Positions 25,106 to 42,243 are shown, counted from the stretch's first letter. The stretch is DNA of 64,000 nt from Octopus sinensis (GCF_006345805.1 NC_043016.1:26226001-26290000); one strand, 5' to 3'. Made by a program: numbers and translations. Notes: generated from the letters alone by a model not told the origin.

Positions 25106-27210
25106 TGTATGTATGTATGTATGTGTGTGTATATGTTTGTGTCTGTGTTTGTACCCTCCAGTATTGCTTGACAACCGATATTGGTGTGCTTACGTTGCCA
25201 TAATCTAGCAGTTCGGCAAAAGAGACCGATAGAATAAGTACTAGGCTTCCAAAGAATAAGTCCTGGGGTCGATTTGCTCGACTAAAGGCGGTGCTCCAGC
25301 ATGGCCACATTCAAATGACTGAAACAAGTAAAAGAGTAGCAAGTAATGTTCATGAAGATAATTTTTTTTATGAAGATGGTGGTGGTGATTGTAGTGGTGG
25401 ATGTAGCAGTGAGGGTTGGTACTGTTGGTGGTGGTGGTGATGGTGGCAGTGGCGGCAGCAGTGGTGGTGGTTGTGGTGATGATGGTAGCAAGTGGTGATT
25501 CATGATGATTAATGTTGACTGACCAATTGTACAAAGCAATTCATAACTGTCTGTAAACTATGTTCAAACATTAAGCAAAGATAAATGTTTGATTGGTCTT
25601 TGTGCAGACAACTGAAGAAAGAAATGAATAACTAACTCTCTCTTTACCACCACCACCACCACCACTACCACATGTGTATCTGTCTGTCTGTCTGTCTCAC
25701 TATCTCTCTCTCTCTCTCGCTCGCTTTCTCTCTGTGCAAATGTGGTTGTAGAATGTCACATAAGATATTTTCTATGTAAATCCCTGGGTTGTTTTGTTAA
25801 AGTGTTACATAACTGTCCACTTCGGTGATATATTGAATAGTCAACAGTATGTGCGTGACAGAGAGAGAGAGAGAGTGAAAGAGAGACAGAGGGAGAGAGA
25901 AGAGAAAGACAGAGAGAGATTAGTGTAAGCTTCAGTGTTCTTTTGTATGAGTTTCACATCCACCACAGAAAACTAACGTCCAGATGTTGCCTTCTTTCAT
26001 AAATTTTGTTGGCTTTGCTGTTTTTCTTAAGTCATTAACATTTGTATGCACTTACACACACACACACACACTCTCTCTCTCTCTCTCACCAATGCACTGT
26101 TGATGCTCCAAGATAAGCTGAATGTCAGAGAAACAATCCAGGAAGTGGATAGTTCTTTTTAAAAGACTCTGTCACATCAACATCTATGACATCCTTAATA
26201 CGGCATTTTCTCTCCTGGTAAATAATGAATGCCACAACATCTCAGTTACAGCTGTGTTGACTAAAGTACATCAATGGGGAATTCTGGGATTGGTTTATTC
26301 TAAGGCTGAACTCAAAATAAATATTTCATAAATTTACTTAAAACAATGTCTTTGAGCACCTGCATAAGTTGTATAAGCATAGGTGTGGCTGTGAGGTGGG
26401 GATGAGGAGGTTGTTTTGCAACTGTATGCTTTTACATTTAGTCTTACTGTGTAGCACTTTAGTGTCGTTTCCTAAAGCCTTGAGCAGATCTGGTAAATCA
26501 AAACTATGCAAAAGCCTTTTTGCATGTGTGTGTGTGTGTGTGAGATTGTCAGTGTTTGTCTCTTATCATTTGGCAAACAGTGCTGCTTTGTTTGCATCTC
26601 CATAACTGGTGAATAAAAAGAAGAGCTCACCAAAAGAAGAGGTAAATAAAAGAACTCTCTCTTTTACTCTTTTTACTCTTTTACTTATTTCAGTCATTTG
26701 ACTGTGGCCATGCTGGAGCACCGCCTTTAGTCGAGCAAATCGACCCCGGGACTTATTCTTTGTAAGCCTGTACTTATTCCATCAGTCTCTTTTGCCGAAC
26801 CGCTAAGTGACGGGGACGTAAACACACCAGCATCGGTTGTCAAGCAATGCTAGGGGGACAAACACAGACACACAAACACATATATATGACAGGCTTCTTT
26901 CAGTTTCTGTCTACCAAATCCACTCACAAGGCATTGGTCGGCCCGAGGCTATAGCAGAAGACACTTGCCCAAGATGCCACGCAGTGGGACTGAACCCGGA
27001 ACCATGTGGTTGGTTAGCAAGCTACTTACCACACAACCACTCCTGCACCTATCTCTCTAAAGAATTCTATTTATTCCATAAATGTTTATTTGCCTCTTAA
27101 TTAAAGTTTTTGTATTTTGGTTATATCAACGGTTTTGTTTATTTTCAACTCTTTTGACTTCTTTGACTATTGCTTCTTCCGCCCTAAGCAAGTTGGTTTG
27201 CTGAGCTCAC

Positions 27211-27250
27211 CTGCACAGTCTTCTGAGTTACAGACATAGACTTTTGGAGC
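27211..27250 (-). CDS. small exon (APKVYVCNSEDCA)
   Basis: Acceptor ccaccaacag, donor CAG|gtgagc, 40 nt, phase 0->1. Confidence 0.55.
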
Positions 27251-27288
27251 CTGTTGGTGGTGTCAGGAGGTCATGCATGTGGTGTAAC

Positions 27289-27321
<33 letters not shown>

Positions 27322-29249
27322 CTCACATTTTGAGCTCTATTTTCCTGTTTATATCACCACACACACACACACATACATCAGAGAAGGTTTCTAGTGGAAT
27401 TCTCAACAGAAATAGACATAATGAAGCCCCACCCCCTCACCAAAGGAAAAGTATTTTAAGCTGTCTCATGCTTAAAAAAAAAATTATTGGTCATTTAATA
27501 AATGACTTACGATGTTGGTATGTCTTTGTTATAAGTGATGTTTTCCGGCAGGCAAACATGTATTGGCTGCAATTAAATGAAATAAGAGTTAAATATGCAT
27601 GTTAATTAGATCACCAAGAACTTTTTTCTATTTCTAATCTACTAATATTCCTTGAAGAAAAGAAATGTAGTAAACACTCATTCCATGAACTTCCTCCAAT
27701 CAGTATTTATTTTCATCTTTAATGAAATGTCACACTCCATAAAATGCTTAATTAATGTCAGGTTTATCATGCTGATAACTTCTAAAAAGAATGAAATAGT
27801 GCAATACATGATTACTGACAAGTAGATATTTTAACAACTTTGTATTAAGTAAGCAAAATAAAATATAGACATGTGAACTCTATGTAACTTTTTCCTTTTG
27901 ATTTCTTAATTTCAATTTCCAATTTATAATCATGCTTCATATAATGACAAAATGATAATCTTATAGCTGAGACCATTAAGGGAACCATGTGTGTTGAATT
28001 AGTTCAATTCACAGGAAAAATTTATTTCTCTTTAGATATTTACATTTTAAAATATTCTATTCTTTAGCTCCTTTGATGCTACTCCATTTGAAGAGTAAAA
28101 AAACAAAGTCAACAAAAATTAAATAAAATAAGAACATATCTCACTTGGAAGAAAATTGGCAGAATCGATGGAGCCCCTGATAGAATTCCTCAGAGGATGC
28201 CATTTGTTTTGATTCTTAGTGTATTGAGTTCAAATATTGTCATGGTCAACTCTGCTTTTATTTTTCATTTGTTTCACCCCCTAGTCATCATTCTCTTCTG
28301 ACAAGCTAATAAACTTCAAGGTTGTAAACAAATCAATACTAGTTGTCAAGAGTGGAAAATGCAGATGCTAACACTAAGACATATACATGCATACAAAAAT
28401 ACACATAAACACACACTCTCTCTCCCTCTCCCTCACACACACGCACACATACATGCACACACTCACACACACATATACAATGAGCTTCTGCAGTTTTTGT
28501 CTTCCAAATTCACTCATAAAGCATTGATCAGTTGGGGCTATAATAGAAGAGACTTGCCCAAGGTGCTATGCATTGAGAATGAACCCAAAACCACATGATC
28601 ACAAAGTGAACTTCTTCACCATACAGCCAAAACAACATGAGCATGTTTCATGAGATTTTTTACCAGTTCTTTCTATTCTGAGTCCAAATCCTGCCATGTC
28701 CTGTTTGGGTGGCAGACTAAATTTCCTAACCAGTTTAACCTGCTGGAAATTATTTGATTGGAAATTGGTGGAGCTTTAGCCTTACATTACCACACTCTTC
28801 CAGATTCAGTTTGCTAATACTTAAGCACCAATAATGCTCAGAATTGTTTTAGATCTTTATCAACAGCCACATAAGTCTCCCCAGGGGTCAATACTGAGCA
28901 CTTTTCAAACCCCTGTATTAGAGTGTTAAATAGAATGCTCTACAGTATTTGTCCCTGAAAGTTGACTTTAGTAGAATTTGAACTTGGAGCACAAATACTT
29001 ATCGAAGTTCAAATCCCACTGGAATCCAATTTGTCTTCCATCCATTCAGAGTGAATAAAAAAAAACAAAAATCTGATTGAATAATTGACAGAACTGTTAG
29101 AATATCAGCCAGGATACGTTCTATCTGATGCTCTGAATACACAGAGCTGGAACAGGATATGTTCCAGCTCTGTGAATCTTAAGTTTAAATACAAAAGTAG
29201 CTTTTCTGAATCTGGAAAATTCTATAAAATAGGAAATAGTTATACTTAC

Positions 29250-29288
29250 TGGATCCTCCTCTTCATCCGATGAGATGTCGTAGAAAGG
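29250..29288 (-). CDS. small exon (PFYDISSDEEEDP)
   Basis: Acceptor tttacaatgcag, donor CCA|gtaagt, 39 nt, phase 0->0. Confidence 0.55.
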
Positions 29289-32200
29289 CTGCATTGTAAA
29301 TTAAATTGAAGTGATATTAATAAAATTAATAAAGATTAGAAAGAAAAATAACAGATTCATAACAGCTGGTAAGAGAAAGAGGGGGGAGGGAGAGATATGT
29401 CAAGGTATAGGGAGAATATCAGGGAGTGTGTATGTGTGTGTATGCCTGTATGCACATGTACATCTATTATTTGTTTCAGTCATTAGACTGTGGCCATGCT
29501 GGACAATTGCCTTGTGAAATTCTAGTCAGACAATACATGTTTTAGTTTCTTGTTAAGTCTGGTACTTATTCTATCAGTTCCTTTTACCAAACTGCTAGGT
29601 AATGGGGAAATAAACACACCAACACTGGTTTTGAAGTGGGGGTGGGGACACAAAGACACACACGTATGCATGCGCATGTGCGTGCACACACACACATAAT
29701 CATCAAACAGGCTTCTTTTAGTTTCTGTCTACCAAATCCACTCACAAGGCACTTGCCCAAGGTGCCACATAGTGGGACTGAACTAGGAACCATGTGGTTG
29801 CAACACAAACTTCTTACCACACAGCCACACCTGTACCTATATGTATTTGTACTTTTTAACAATTTATATACTTTTTACTTGTTTCAGTCATTTGACTGTG
29901 GCCATGCTGGAGCACCACCTTTAGTCGAGCAAATTGACCCCGGGACTTATTCTTTGTAAGCCTAGTACTTATTCTATCAGTCTCTTTTGCAGAACCGCTA
30001 AGTTATGGGGACGTAAACACACCAGCAACGGTTGTCAAGCGATGTTGGGGGCACAAACGCAGACACACAAACATATACACACACACACACATACATATAT
30101 ATACATATATATGACGGGCTTCTTTCAGTTTCTGTCTACCAAATCCACTCACAAGGCTTTGGCCAGCCCAAGGCTATAGTAGAAGACACTTGCCCAAGGT
30201 GCCATGCAGTGGGACTGAACCCAGAACCATGTGGTTGGTAAGCAAGCTACTTACCACACACCCACTCTTGCACCTATATATATTGTATGATAAGGCTTCA
30301 ACAAGTAGAAAAGCACTCAATCAACTAAGAGAGTTAAGATAATGTCATAATGAAATCTTCAAGTATTGTCAAATACAGCTATCCAGGGTTTCCTGATTAA
30401 AACATTAATTTATTTCACCAGTTTTTCAAACTGATAAGGACAAGACAGTTTGTCAGCTTGAAAAATGGCAAAATAAATTAATGTTTCAACAAGGAAATCC
30501 TGAGTAACTGTATTTATCAAGATTCTTCTCTCTCTCTCTCTCTCTCTGACTGGGTAACCATGTACCTTCTCTACAGCAAGACCCTGTTTCTGCCTCTCTG
30601 TTGATCTCTAACCTTTCATCATCTGACACAAGATCACCTCCTCCAATTTCCCCTCGCCTCTCAAAGATTTCTTGTTTTGGAAATTACATGGTAACCCTGC
30701 CAGTGCTGGTGCCACATAAAAAGTATACAGTTCACACTGTAAAGTGGGTGGCATTTGGAAGAGCATCCATCTGTAAAAACCATGCCAAAAAAGACACAGA
30801 AGTCTGATGCATTCTTCTGCCTGGCCGGCTCTTGTCAAACTGTTCAACTCATACCAGCATAGAAAGCAGACGTTAAACGATGATGATGATGATGATGATA
30901 TACACATACACACACATATATATATAGGTACATACACATATGCATATATATATACACATACACAGACATATTTATATGTGTAATGTCAGTGTGCACATAC
31001 AACAGAGTATAAGCGCCCTGAGAGAAATGCTGGGCATAAGAAGCATTGGATGTGGCATGCAAGAGAGACGTTTGCGCTGGTATGGTCATGTACTATGGAT
31101 GGATGAGGAGAGATGTGCGAAGAAGTGCCACTCCCAAACAGTTGAAGGAATCTGGAGTAGAGGTAGACCCAGAAAGACATGGGATGAGGTCGTCAAGCAT
31201 GACCTTCGAATGTTGGGTTTCACAGGGGCAATGATGAAAGACCAAGATCTCTGGAGATATGCTGTGACTGTGAAGACCCGACAAATAATGTGAGTTCATT
31301 GCCGTTTCCTGCACCACCTTCACATAGCAGCTCCAGCCCATTCAAAGTACCTTGAATCGCAGGATGGCCTGCTGTGCTTACCTTGGATCATGGGGCGACC
31401 TGCTGTGCTTGAGGAGACCTATTGAGTCAAGTACATCAACATCAAATAAAAATCAAATGGAAATTGTAGTTGTGATACCTGTGCCGGTGGCACGTAAAAA
31501 GCACCATCCGAATGTAGCCGATGCAAGCGCCGCCTTGACTGGCTTCTGTGCCGGTGGCACGTAAAAAGCAACAACCGATTGTGGCCATTGCCAGCCTCTC
31601 CTGGCACCTGTGTCGGTGGCACTCACAGAGTGGTTGGCATTAGGAAGTGCATCAAGCTGTAGAAGCACTGTCAGACTGGAGCCTGGTGCAGCCACCTGGC
31701 TTCCCAGACCCCAATCGAACTGTCCAACCCATGCTAGCATGGAAAACAGACATTAAACGATGATGATGATGAAACTATACGCATATATATGTATAAAAAT
31801 AGACACCCATACACACAAATTCACACATATATATAAATATGTGTGTATGAGTGTGTGTGTGTGTGTATGCAAATGCGTTTTCATGTCTGTGTTTAAGCTA
31901 AGTTGATTTTTTTTTCCCCCTTTTACTGCATCAATACTGTTTATAGTAATTCTTTAATCAAAATTAGCTCTTATTGAACAAAATGCTACCTGATCCACAT
32001 GGTTTTCTTCTTTTTTTTTTTCACAATACATTTCTCAAATTTCAAATTTCAGTCAAGAGAATGAAACAAATTGTTTTTGCACAGCTTTCCCATTATTTGA
32101 AGAGCCATAAAAAGCTTATCAATAAAATCTTGCATCCAATTTAACCAATTCATAGAAAAAAAAGGAAAGCAAGTCAACAGTCGGCTTTGAAGTTAATGCC

Positions 32201-32877
32201 ACACGAATCACGTTCATTGATAAAATTTCAAATTGTCAATGTTTGCTTTAATTTTAAGAAATTTTATATCTTTTTTTGTGTATTTTATTTATTTATTTAT
32301 TTTTTCTTTTCTAGTGATATAGTTTCACTCAGTGGCAATAGGCCTTCAGAAACCTTCTAAAGCTGGTGCAACTGGTGGTGGGTTCTCAAACAAATTTGTT
32401 TATATCTTTTATTCCTTTCTGATGTTATTTAAATTAAGACAAAAATTTTTTTTATTACAGTGTTTGACAAGTTTTTTGTTTTTGTTTTTTCTTTTTTCCT
32501 TTTAATTCTGCGGCATTATTCTTCCTCTGCAAAATTTGCTCATTGTTTTTGAAATCGGAATAATTTTTAACCTGTTTTCATACATATAATGATGGTATGC
32601 CAAACAGGATGAAAAACAAAAAAAAAACTTTAAAAAATTAACAAATTTTGATGCAGGAGTGGCTGTGTGGTAAGTAGCTTGCTTACCAACCACATGGTTC
32701 CGGGTCCAGTCCCACTGTGTGGCACCTTGGGCAAGTGTCTTCTACTATAGCCTCGGGCTGACCAAAACCTTGTGAGTGGATTTGGTAAATGGAAACTGAA
32801 AGAAGCCCATCGTATATATGTACATCATCATCATCATCGTTTAGCGTCCGTTTTCCATGCTTGCATGGGTTGGACAT

Positions 32878-32973
<96 letters not shown>

Positions 32974-34632
32974 GTATATGTATATGTATATGTGTCTGTG
33001 TTTGTCCCCCCAACAACGCTTGACAACCGATGCTGGTGTGTTTACGTCCTCATAACTTAGCGGTTCAGGAAAAGAGACCGATAGAATAAGTACTAAGCTT
33101 ACAAAAAATAAGTCCTGGGGTCGATTTGCTCGACTAAAGGCAGTGCTCCAGCATGGCCACAGGTCAAATGACTGAAACGAGTAAAAGAGTAAAAGAGAGT
33201 ATCCCAGTACTTAGCTTGAACAGTTGAAAGTCAATGTCTGATTGCTCTGATTATAACAGGTGACTGCCCACCACAATCTACAGGTGCTCATTCATCCAGG
33301 TCATGGTTCCCTGCTTTCACCCCACCCCAACCCCTTTCGAGAAAATTCCCAGGCAAGCAACGTTTCCCTCTTTTTTCCCACCTACCTCTCAAGTAGTATT
33401 GAAAGTAGTTGATGAGGTCAGGGCTGGTGCTTTGGAATCGTGTTCTCACCTTACACAGTCACGTCAACCTCAATATTTCCTTCACCATGGCAACCAGACA
33501 TAGCAAAAATTTCTCTGCCATTTCACCTGACAAAGAACAGACGCAGCAAAACAGTTGGTCAGCATGCATTTGTGATGAATGCATATAAGCATGCAACAGT
33601 CACATTTATCTAAAACAGTAACAGCTGTTTGACATAACCCCTGCAAGTCAGCAGTGTCCAGATCCTGAAATGAGTGCATTGCAGAACATCTACAGCATGC
33701 ACACACATACACACAAGTGGGAGGAGGAGGAGGATTAGCCTTAGGAAATGTATGAAAAGCCAGTTAAGAGAGAGACAAAATATTTTCAGATTAATCCACT
33801 TTGGCTGCCTCCTAAGAACAGCACCAAGGTTATAGCTACAGCAGGCAATGTCCAGAAATAATAACTTGGATTGGATGAAAACAAAAGATTCGAAATAATG
33901 GCCACTCCCAAAAGACTACATTATTCCTGGAAATATTAATTTTTTTTTGTTTGCTTGGTCATATGTTTTTTTTCTGTTTTTTTTTTACTTTATTTATTTT
34001 TTTTTTTTTGCATCAAAACGGAATATAAATTGATTAATGATGGTGATTGGTTATTTTACACTCTCAGTTCCTATGCAACAGCAAAGAGTTAAAATGTAAG
34101 GACAGAGACAAATTGTTCACAAAACAACAAAACAAACAAACACTCACACCCTCCACACATACACACCTTCTCCAACACCATTGTCACAGCTGTCACCACA
34201 CCACCACACCACCACCACTACGCCCACCTCCATAAGCTCTACATCAATTAGATGTAACATCTCCAGACATATAGGAGGGAAAGGTGGTGAGCTGGCAGAA
34301 ACGTTAGTACGTTGGGCGAAATGCTTAGTGGTATTTTGTCTACCGCTATGTTCTGAGTTCAAATTCCGCCTAAGTCAACTTTGCCTTTCATCCTTTTGGG
34401 GTCGATAAATTAAGTACCAGTTACGCACTGGGGTCGATATAATCGACTTAACCCATTTGGCTGTCCTTGTTTGTCCTCTCTGTGTTTAGCCTCTTGTGGG
34501 TAGTAAAGAAATAGGTATTTCGTCTGCCGTTACATTCTGAGTTCAAATTGTTTGTCCCCTCTAGGTTTAACCCCTTGTGGGCAATAAAGAAATAAGAAAT
34601 ACAGGAGGGAAATATTTTTCATTGAATTAGCC

Positions 34633-37174
<2,542 letters not shown>

Positions 37175-38075
37175 GGAACTAGAATAGGCCTCTTGGCAGG
37201 GTTCACACCAGATAGTCAAATGTAATTGGGGAAAGTCTTCAGAGGCTCAATGTCATCTTGGAGGATGCAGAGGGGCTGGCCTGAGACCACCAGCAATGAA
37301 GAGCAGCGGCGGACCTGGTTGGCTCTATGCATAATGATGTCTCTGGGACAACGTAGCTGATATAACCCCAGCCCCATCAAGCAAGAGCATGATGCCAAGC
37401 CAAAGAGCATTTATTTATTCCAAGAAACGGCTAGGTTTCTTTCCCAAACGTTTTACGCAGTTCAACCTAAGAAAGTTAATGAGTGGAAAGCAAAATAGAA
37501 ATTTTTCGAAAAAGTACCTATGACACTACATTTTAAACATGGAATGGCTATGGTGGTGCACCAGAGTAAAATAGTAATCAGAGAGATTTATAGATAAAAA
37601 AAAATGGTTGATAACCACTGTTCTATGGGGTTACTCTTAAGAAGAAAATCAATGAATTTGGTGAATGCTTATTTCAGACATGGAAGGTTGGAAGATCAAA
37701 GTAACATTGGAAAATTGTAGGAAGACATGAGTACAATGTCATCTGAATTTATGAGGCTGTGTGTATGCTTTGCACAAGTGTGATGTGGAGATGTCATGAA
37801 GGTACCGATTACAGGCATCAAGCTATTTAGTGTATTTAGATAGCTACAGATTCTCTCTTTACTCTTTACTCTTTTACTTGTTTCAGTCATTTGACTGCAG
37901 CCATGCTGGAACACTGCTTTTAGTCGAGCAAATCGACCCCAGGACTTATTCTTTGTAAGCCTAGTACTTATTCTATCAGTCTCTTTTGCCGAACTGCTAA
38001 GTTACGGGGACGTAAACACACCAGCAACGGTTGTCAAGCGATGTTGGGGGGACAAACACAGACACACAAACATAT

Positions 38076-38119
<44 letters not shown>

Positions 38120-38289
38120 CGCGCTTCTTTCAGTTTCCATCTACCAAATCCACTCACAAGGCGTTGGTCGGCCTAAGGCTATAGTAGAAGACACTTGCCG
38201 AAGGTGCCACGCAGTGGGACTGAACCCGGAACTATGTGGTTGGTAAGCAAGCTATTTACCAAACAGCCACTCCTGCGCCTATTCTGTTA

Positions 38290-39025
38290 TGTTCTTCTTG
38301 ATGATGATGATGTGATAATGGTGATGGTGTTGATGATGATGATAATGATGATGGAGGAGGTGGCTGGCTCTGGCAACAGCAGTAGTGGTGATGATGGTGA
38401 TAGTGATGGTGTTGGTAATAGTGGTGGCCATGGCAGCAGCAACAACAGTGATGACAATAGCAATAGTAGACGTGGTGGTGATGACAACAATGATGATGAT
38501 GATAATGACCATGATGATGATGATGATAATGACAATGATGAAGATGATGACAATGAAGATGACGATGATGGTGTTGGTGGTGGTGGTGGTGGTGGTGGTA
38601 GTGCTAATGCTGCTGCTAGAGAAGGCAGTATTGGTAGCAGTGATTGTAATGAAGATGGCGATGATGAAGATGATGAAAATGACAACAATGAAGATGATGA
38701 CAATGATGAAGATGGTGACAATGATGATGAAGATGATGACAATGAAGATGACGATGATGACAGCGATGAAGATGACAATGATGAAGTCGATGACAATGAC
38801 GCTGATGATGATGAAGATGATGATGATGATGATGAAGCTAATGGCAATGAAGATGACAACGATGAAGATGACAATGATGAAGACAACGATGATGAAGATG
38901 TCAATGATGAAGAGAGGCAATGGTGGTTAGATGTGGTTTTCAGGATGACAGCAGTGGCAGCAATAACACATAATGATGGTGATGATGAGAATGACAAGAA
39001 TGGGGATGATGACAAAAAAGAATAG
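38290..39025. repeat. compound (GAT/GAC/AAT/GGT)n trinucleotide tract
   Basis: Direct inspection; gives spurious ORFs on both strands. Confidence 0.9.
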
Positions 39026-39243
39026 ATATAAATTCGTAACAAATTTCCAAAAATAGTTTTCTTAAAAAAAAACAGAAATCCTATATTAGTATACATTCCA
39101 AGAAATTTAGGGCATGTCTTCAATATTGCCATAACTAAGTAACATTAAGATGCAATGGTATCAATGATATATTTATTATAGAGCAAGGCGGTATTAAATT
39201 TATATAGATATATTAAATATTATTAAATTACCACTTGATTTAC

Positions 39244-39309
39244 ATGGTTAATAGCCTGTTTGCACTTATAACCAATGGTAGAATCCTTGAGATCCACATC
39301 AAGGGAGAT
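39244..39309 (-). CDS. putative exon (ISLDVDLKDSTIGYKCKQAINH)
   Basis: Acceptor ttgtgtattccag, donor CAT|gtaaat, 66 nt, phase 0->0. Confidence 0.55.
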
Positions 39310-39740
39310 CTGGAATACACAATGAATAAAGTCATGTAAATAATTTGTGTGTGTGAATGTATGTGTGTATACATATGTATGTATGCACATATATAATAAT
39401 ATAAATAATATATAAATATATTCATATATACATACATATATGTACATACCTACATATATATGTATACATACATGCATATATGGGTACAGGACATCAAAAA
39501 ATGTTGAACACAATGTGAAACGAAAACAAAAACAAAAACAGAAAACAAACAGAGAAACGAGACATGCAACAAAAAGAATATTCCCCTTCATCAGTTGTGT
39601 CTGTTTCATCTACTCCACGTTTTGAAGTATGTGTGCGTGTATGTGTATATATATATATATATATATAGGAAATAGTGGCACAACAAGGCACAAATGTTTG
39701 CTGGGAAATAATACAATTGCATTGAAATAATGTTTATAAT

Positions 39741-39783
<43 letters not shown>

Positions 39784-40227
39784 TATATATATATATGTCA
39801 CAATATATGAATTCAAAGCCCCAACTTTCCATTAAGGTTAAGCATGCTGAGGAAGGTGAGGCTTTAATGCCAGTCCAGAAACCAATCAACATGAGTCCAA
39901 ATACTTGAATGTAAGTTGAGAGATTGTCTTAGCCTGTTTGCCTGCAGACAGTTGATTTCTGTAGTTATTATCAGTGTCTTTTTCGGCGATTTAGATAAGT
40001 TTTGACTGTTATTTCCAGCAGGTAGATATACTTAGTATGTCCTTGGATTAATTTTAATTCTTCAGCTAGTTAATTACTTTTTTGGGCCTGCAATTGCATA
40101 CATTATTGATTCTGTTATTATAATTTCTAACTGTTACACTAGATAATAACAGAGTCAATAATATTTTTGCAAAGATTTTCTGAATTATTTGCTCTGTATT
40201 GAAATATATACATACATATATGTGTGA

Positions 40228-40266
<39 letters not shown>

Positions 40267-40647
40267 TCCAAGAAAGTTAGAGGTTGTGAATCCACCCAAC
40301 TAAGGGATAATATCTATCCAATATACTGCTGGTAGAATACCCAATTATTAATACACAAGTGTGTTTTTTATTGCATTGCAATTACATTACCTAGTGTACT
40401 AAATTGGTGAATGTAAAGAGATATTTTACCATTAATTTATAGAGCAATAAGAAAATGGAGGGGATCAATAGGTGGTATTCATCAACTTCTAATCATTATA
40501 TTATGTCAAATTATTTATTTATTTACTAAAATGACAATTACAACAATATACATACATGTATAACATATTATGCTTTACATATAAAATATATAAAGATACC
40601 AATAATTATTAAAATATATAACATACAGGAATAGAAATTGGGAAAAT

Positions 40648-40771
40648 ATCTTACAGCTGTTTCAGCCAAGAGGCAAAAATACCTCATTCTACCTTTATCC
40701 CTCCAGTAGACTGAAGTAATTAGTAGATGAAATTGAGATACTTGGGTGTTTCTCTAGGCTTCGTCAGAGAT
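40648..40771 (-). ncRNA. type I hammerhead ribozyme-like motif, intact core, long stem II loop
   Basis: atct-CTGACGA-agcc(t)agag...ctct(t)ggct-GAAAC-AGCT-GTA-agat; palindromic stem III ACAGCTGT. Confidence 0.65.
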
Positions 40772-41044
40772 TTTAGAAAGTACATAAGGTTAAGTTATAA
40801 ATATAAATACACACACATATTTATACATATACATAACTATAAACAGAGATATGAGAAAGTTGTAAGAGAAGTAATATTGTAATGGAGAAATAAACATATC
40901 ATGTTTATATGAAAATATATATAAGTTTGTGTATTATTGTTATAATTATATTATATAATTATAATGATACAAACTACTGCACTTATCCTCCCTTCTAAAC
41001 ACATATAATATGTATGTACCTATGAGTATGTTTGAGTGGAAACA

Positions 41045-41082
<38 letters not shown>

Positions 41083-41664
41083 CATGTGTGTATGTGTGTA
41101 TATATATGTATGTTTCTCATGTATATGCAATTTCGTTCTTGTATAACTGATAAATTACAATATTACTCCTCTTATAACTATAATGAGATCCAGAAATTAT
41201 CAGGGGCTCAGTGGGAGTATGTTGTTTATAAACAACCTTATTATGTTGTACAAAAATAAAATACAATCTTTTATTAGGTAAAAGGTGTATATGGATCAAT
41301 TTTAAACATTAAAAGGAAGATTGCTATTAAGTAGAATCAATTTAATCCCTCATCTTCACTTAATTAATTAATTAATCAATTATTAGGTGGTCTCTATAAA
41401 GACCACTCAAAACACTTACATATGGAATACCTGGAAAGACATACATACTATCTATTGATTGAAAGTAATGGATCAGAAGCAGGATAATAAGATAACTAAA
41501 TATAAATATACAAGAAAAAGTGTGTACTGATATAAGTAGGTGTAATAGTATAAAAATAATGCATACAGATATATATACAAAATGGGGTTATATATATATA
41601 TATATATATATAAGAAATATTGAATTTCTAAATCTCTCGTAGAGACATGTACGGTGGTGGGGCG

Positions 41665-41933
41665 ATAGAATGGTTGTATACTGTCAATCTAACAAGAACG
41701 TGACAGTAGGGGGTACACCACCGCTGTATAGCCCTAGGAGGTATCGAACGCCTCCTGATAGCTTTGACACATTTTTTCCCTGTGTCCTTATATACATATA
41801 CGAAGGGGAGACAAACAGAGAAAAAATGTGTCAAAGCTATCAGGAGGCGTTCGATGCCTCCTAGGGCTATACAGCGGTGGTGTACCCCCTACTGTCACGT
41901 TCTTGTTAGATTGACAGTATACAACCATTCTAT
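41665..41933. repeat. fold-back palindrome, 114-bp arms
   Basis: 41665-41778 is the reverse complement of 41820-41933 with 1 mismatch. Confidence 0.9.
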
Positions 41934-41934
41934 A

Positions 41935-42214
41935 TATATTAGAAGAAATGAGGTACTCAGAAATCTGGATGGTTTTATATTTACAGATATTTATTAGTAT
42001 GTTACATGTTTTTATAAATCATATATCGTATATTAGCGCTTTCGTCCACTCTAGTAGAGTTGTCAAATTTGAAAATTTGAATTTGAAAATTCCACTAGAG
42101 TGGACGAAAGCACTAATATATGATATATGATTTATAAAAACATGTAACATACTAATAAATATCTGTAAACATAAAACCATCCAGGTTTCTGAGTACCTCA
42201 TTTCTTCTAATATA
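41935..42214. repeat. second, unrelated fold-back palindrome, ~121-bp arms
   Basis: 41935-42055 versus 42094-42214, 4 mismatches. Confidence 0.9.
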
Positions 42215-42243
42215 ATACCTGTACATCATCTCCAAACCTTCTA

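Noticed and set aside
32440-32572. Possible alternative terminal exon (VKNYSDFKNNEQILQRKNNAAELK...)
   Set aside because: Weak acceptor, and the Lys-rich end derives from a poly-T tract; no independent support.
38195-39132. 276-aa Asp/Asn-rich ORF (aspein-like biomineralisation protein?) and the antiparallel Ser/Ile/Met-rich ORFs
   Set aside because: The ORF starts inside a SINE, and the body is a GAT/GAC/AAT microsatellite that is open in several frames by construction; no signal peptide.
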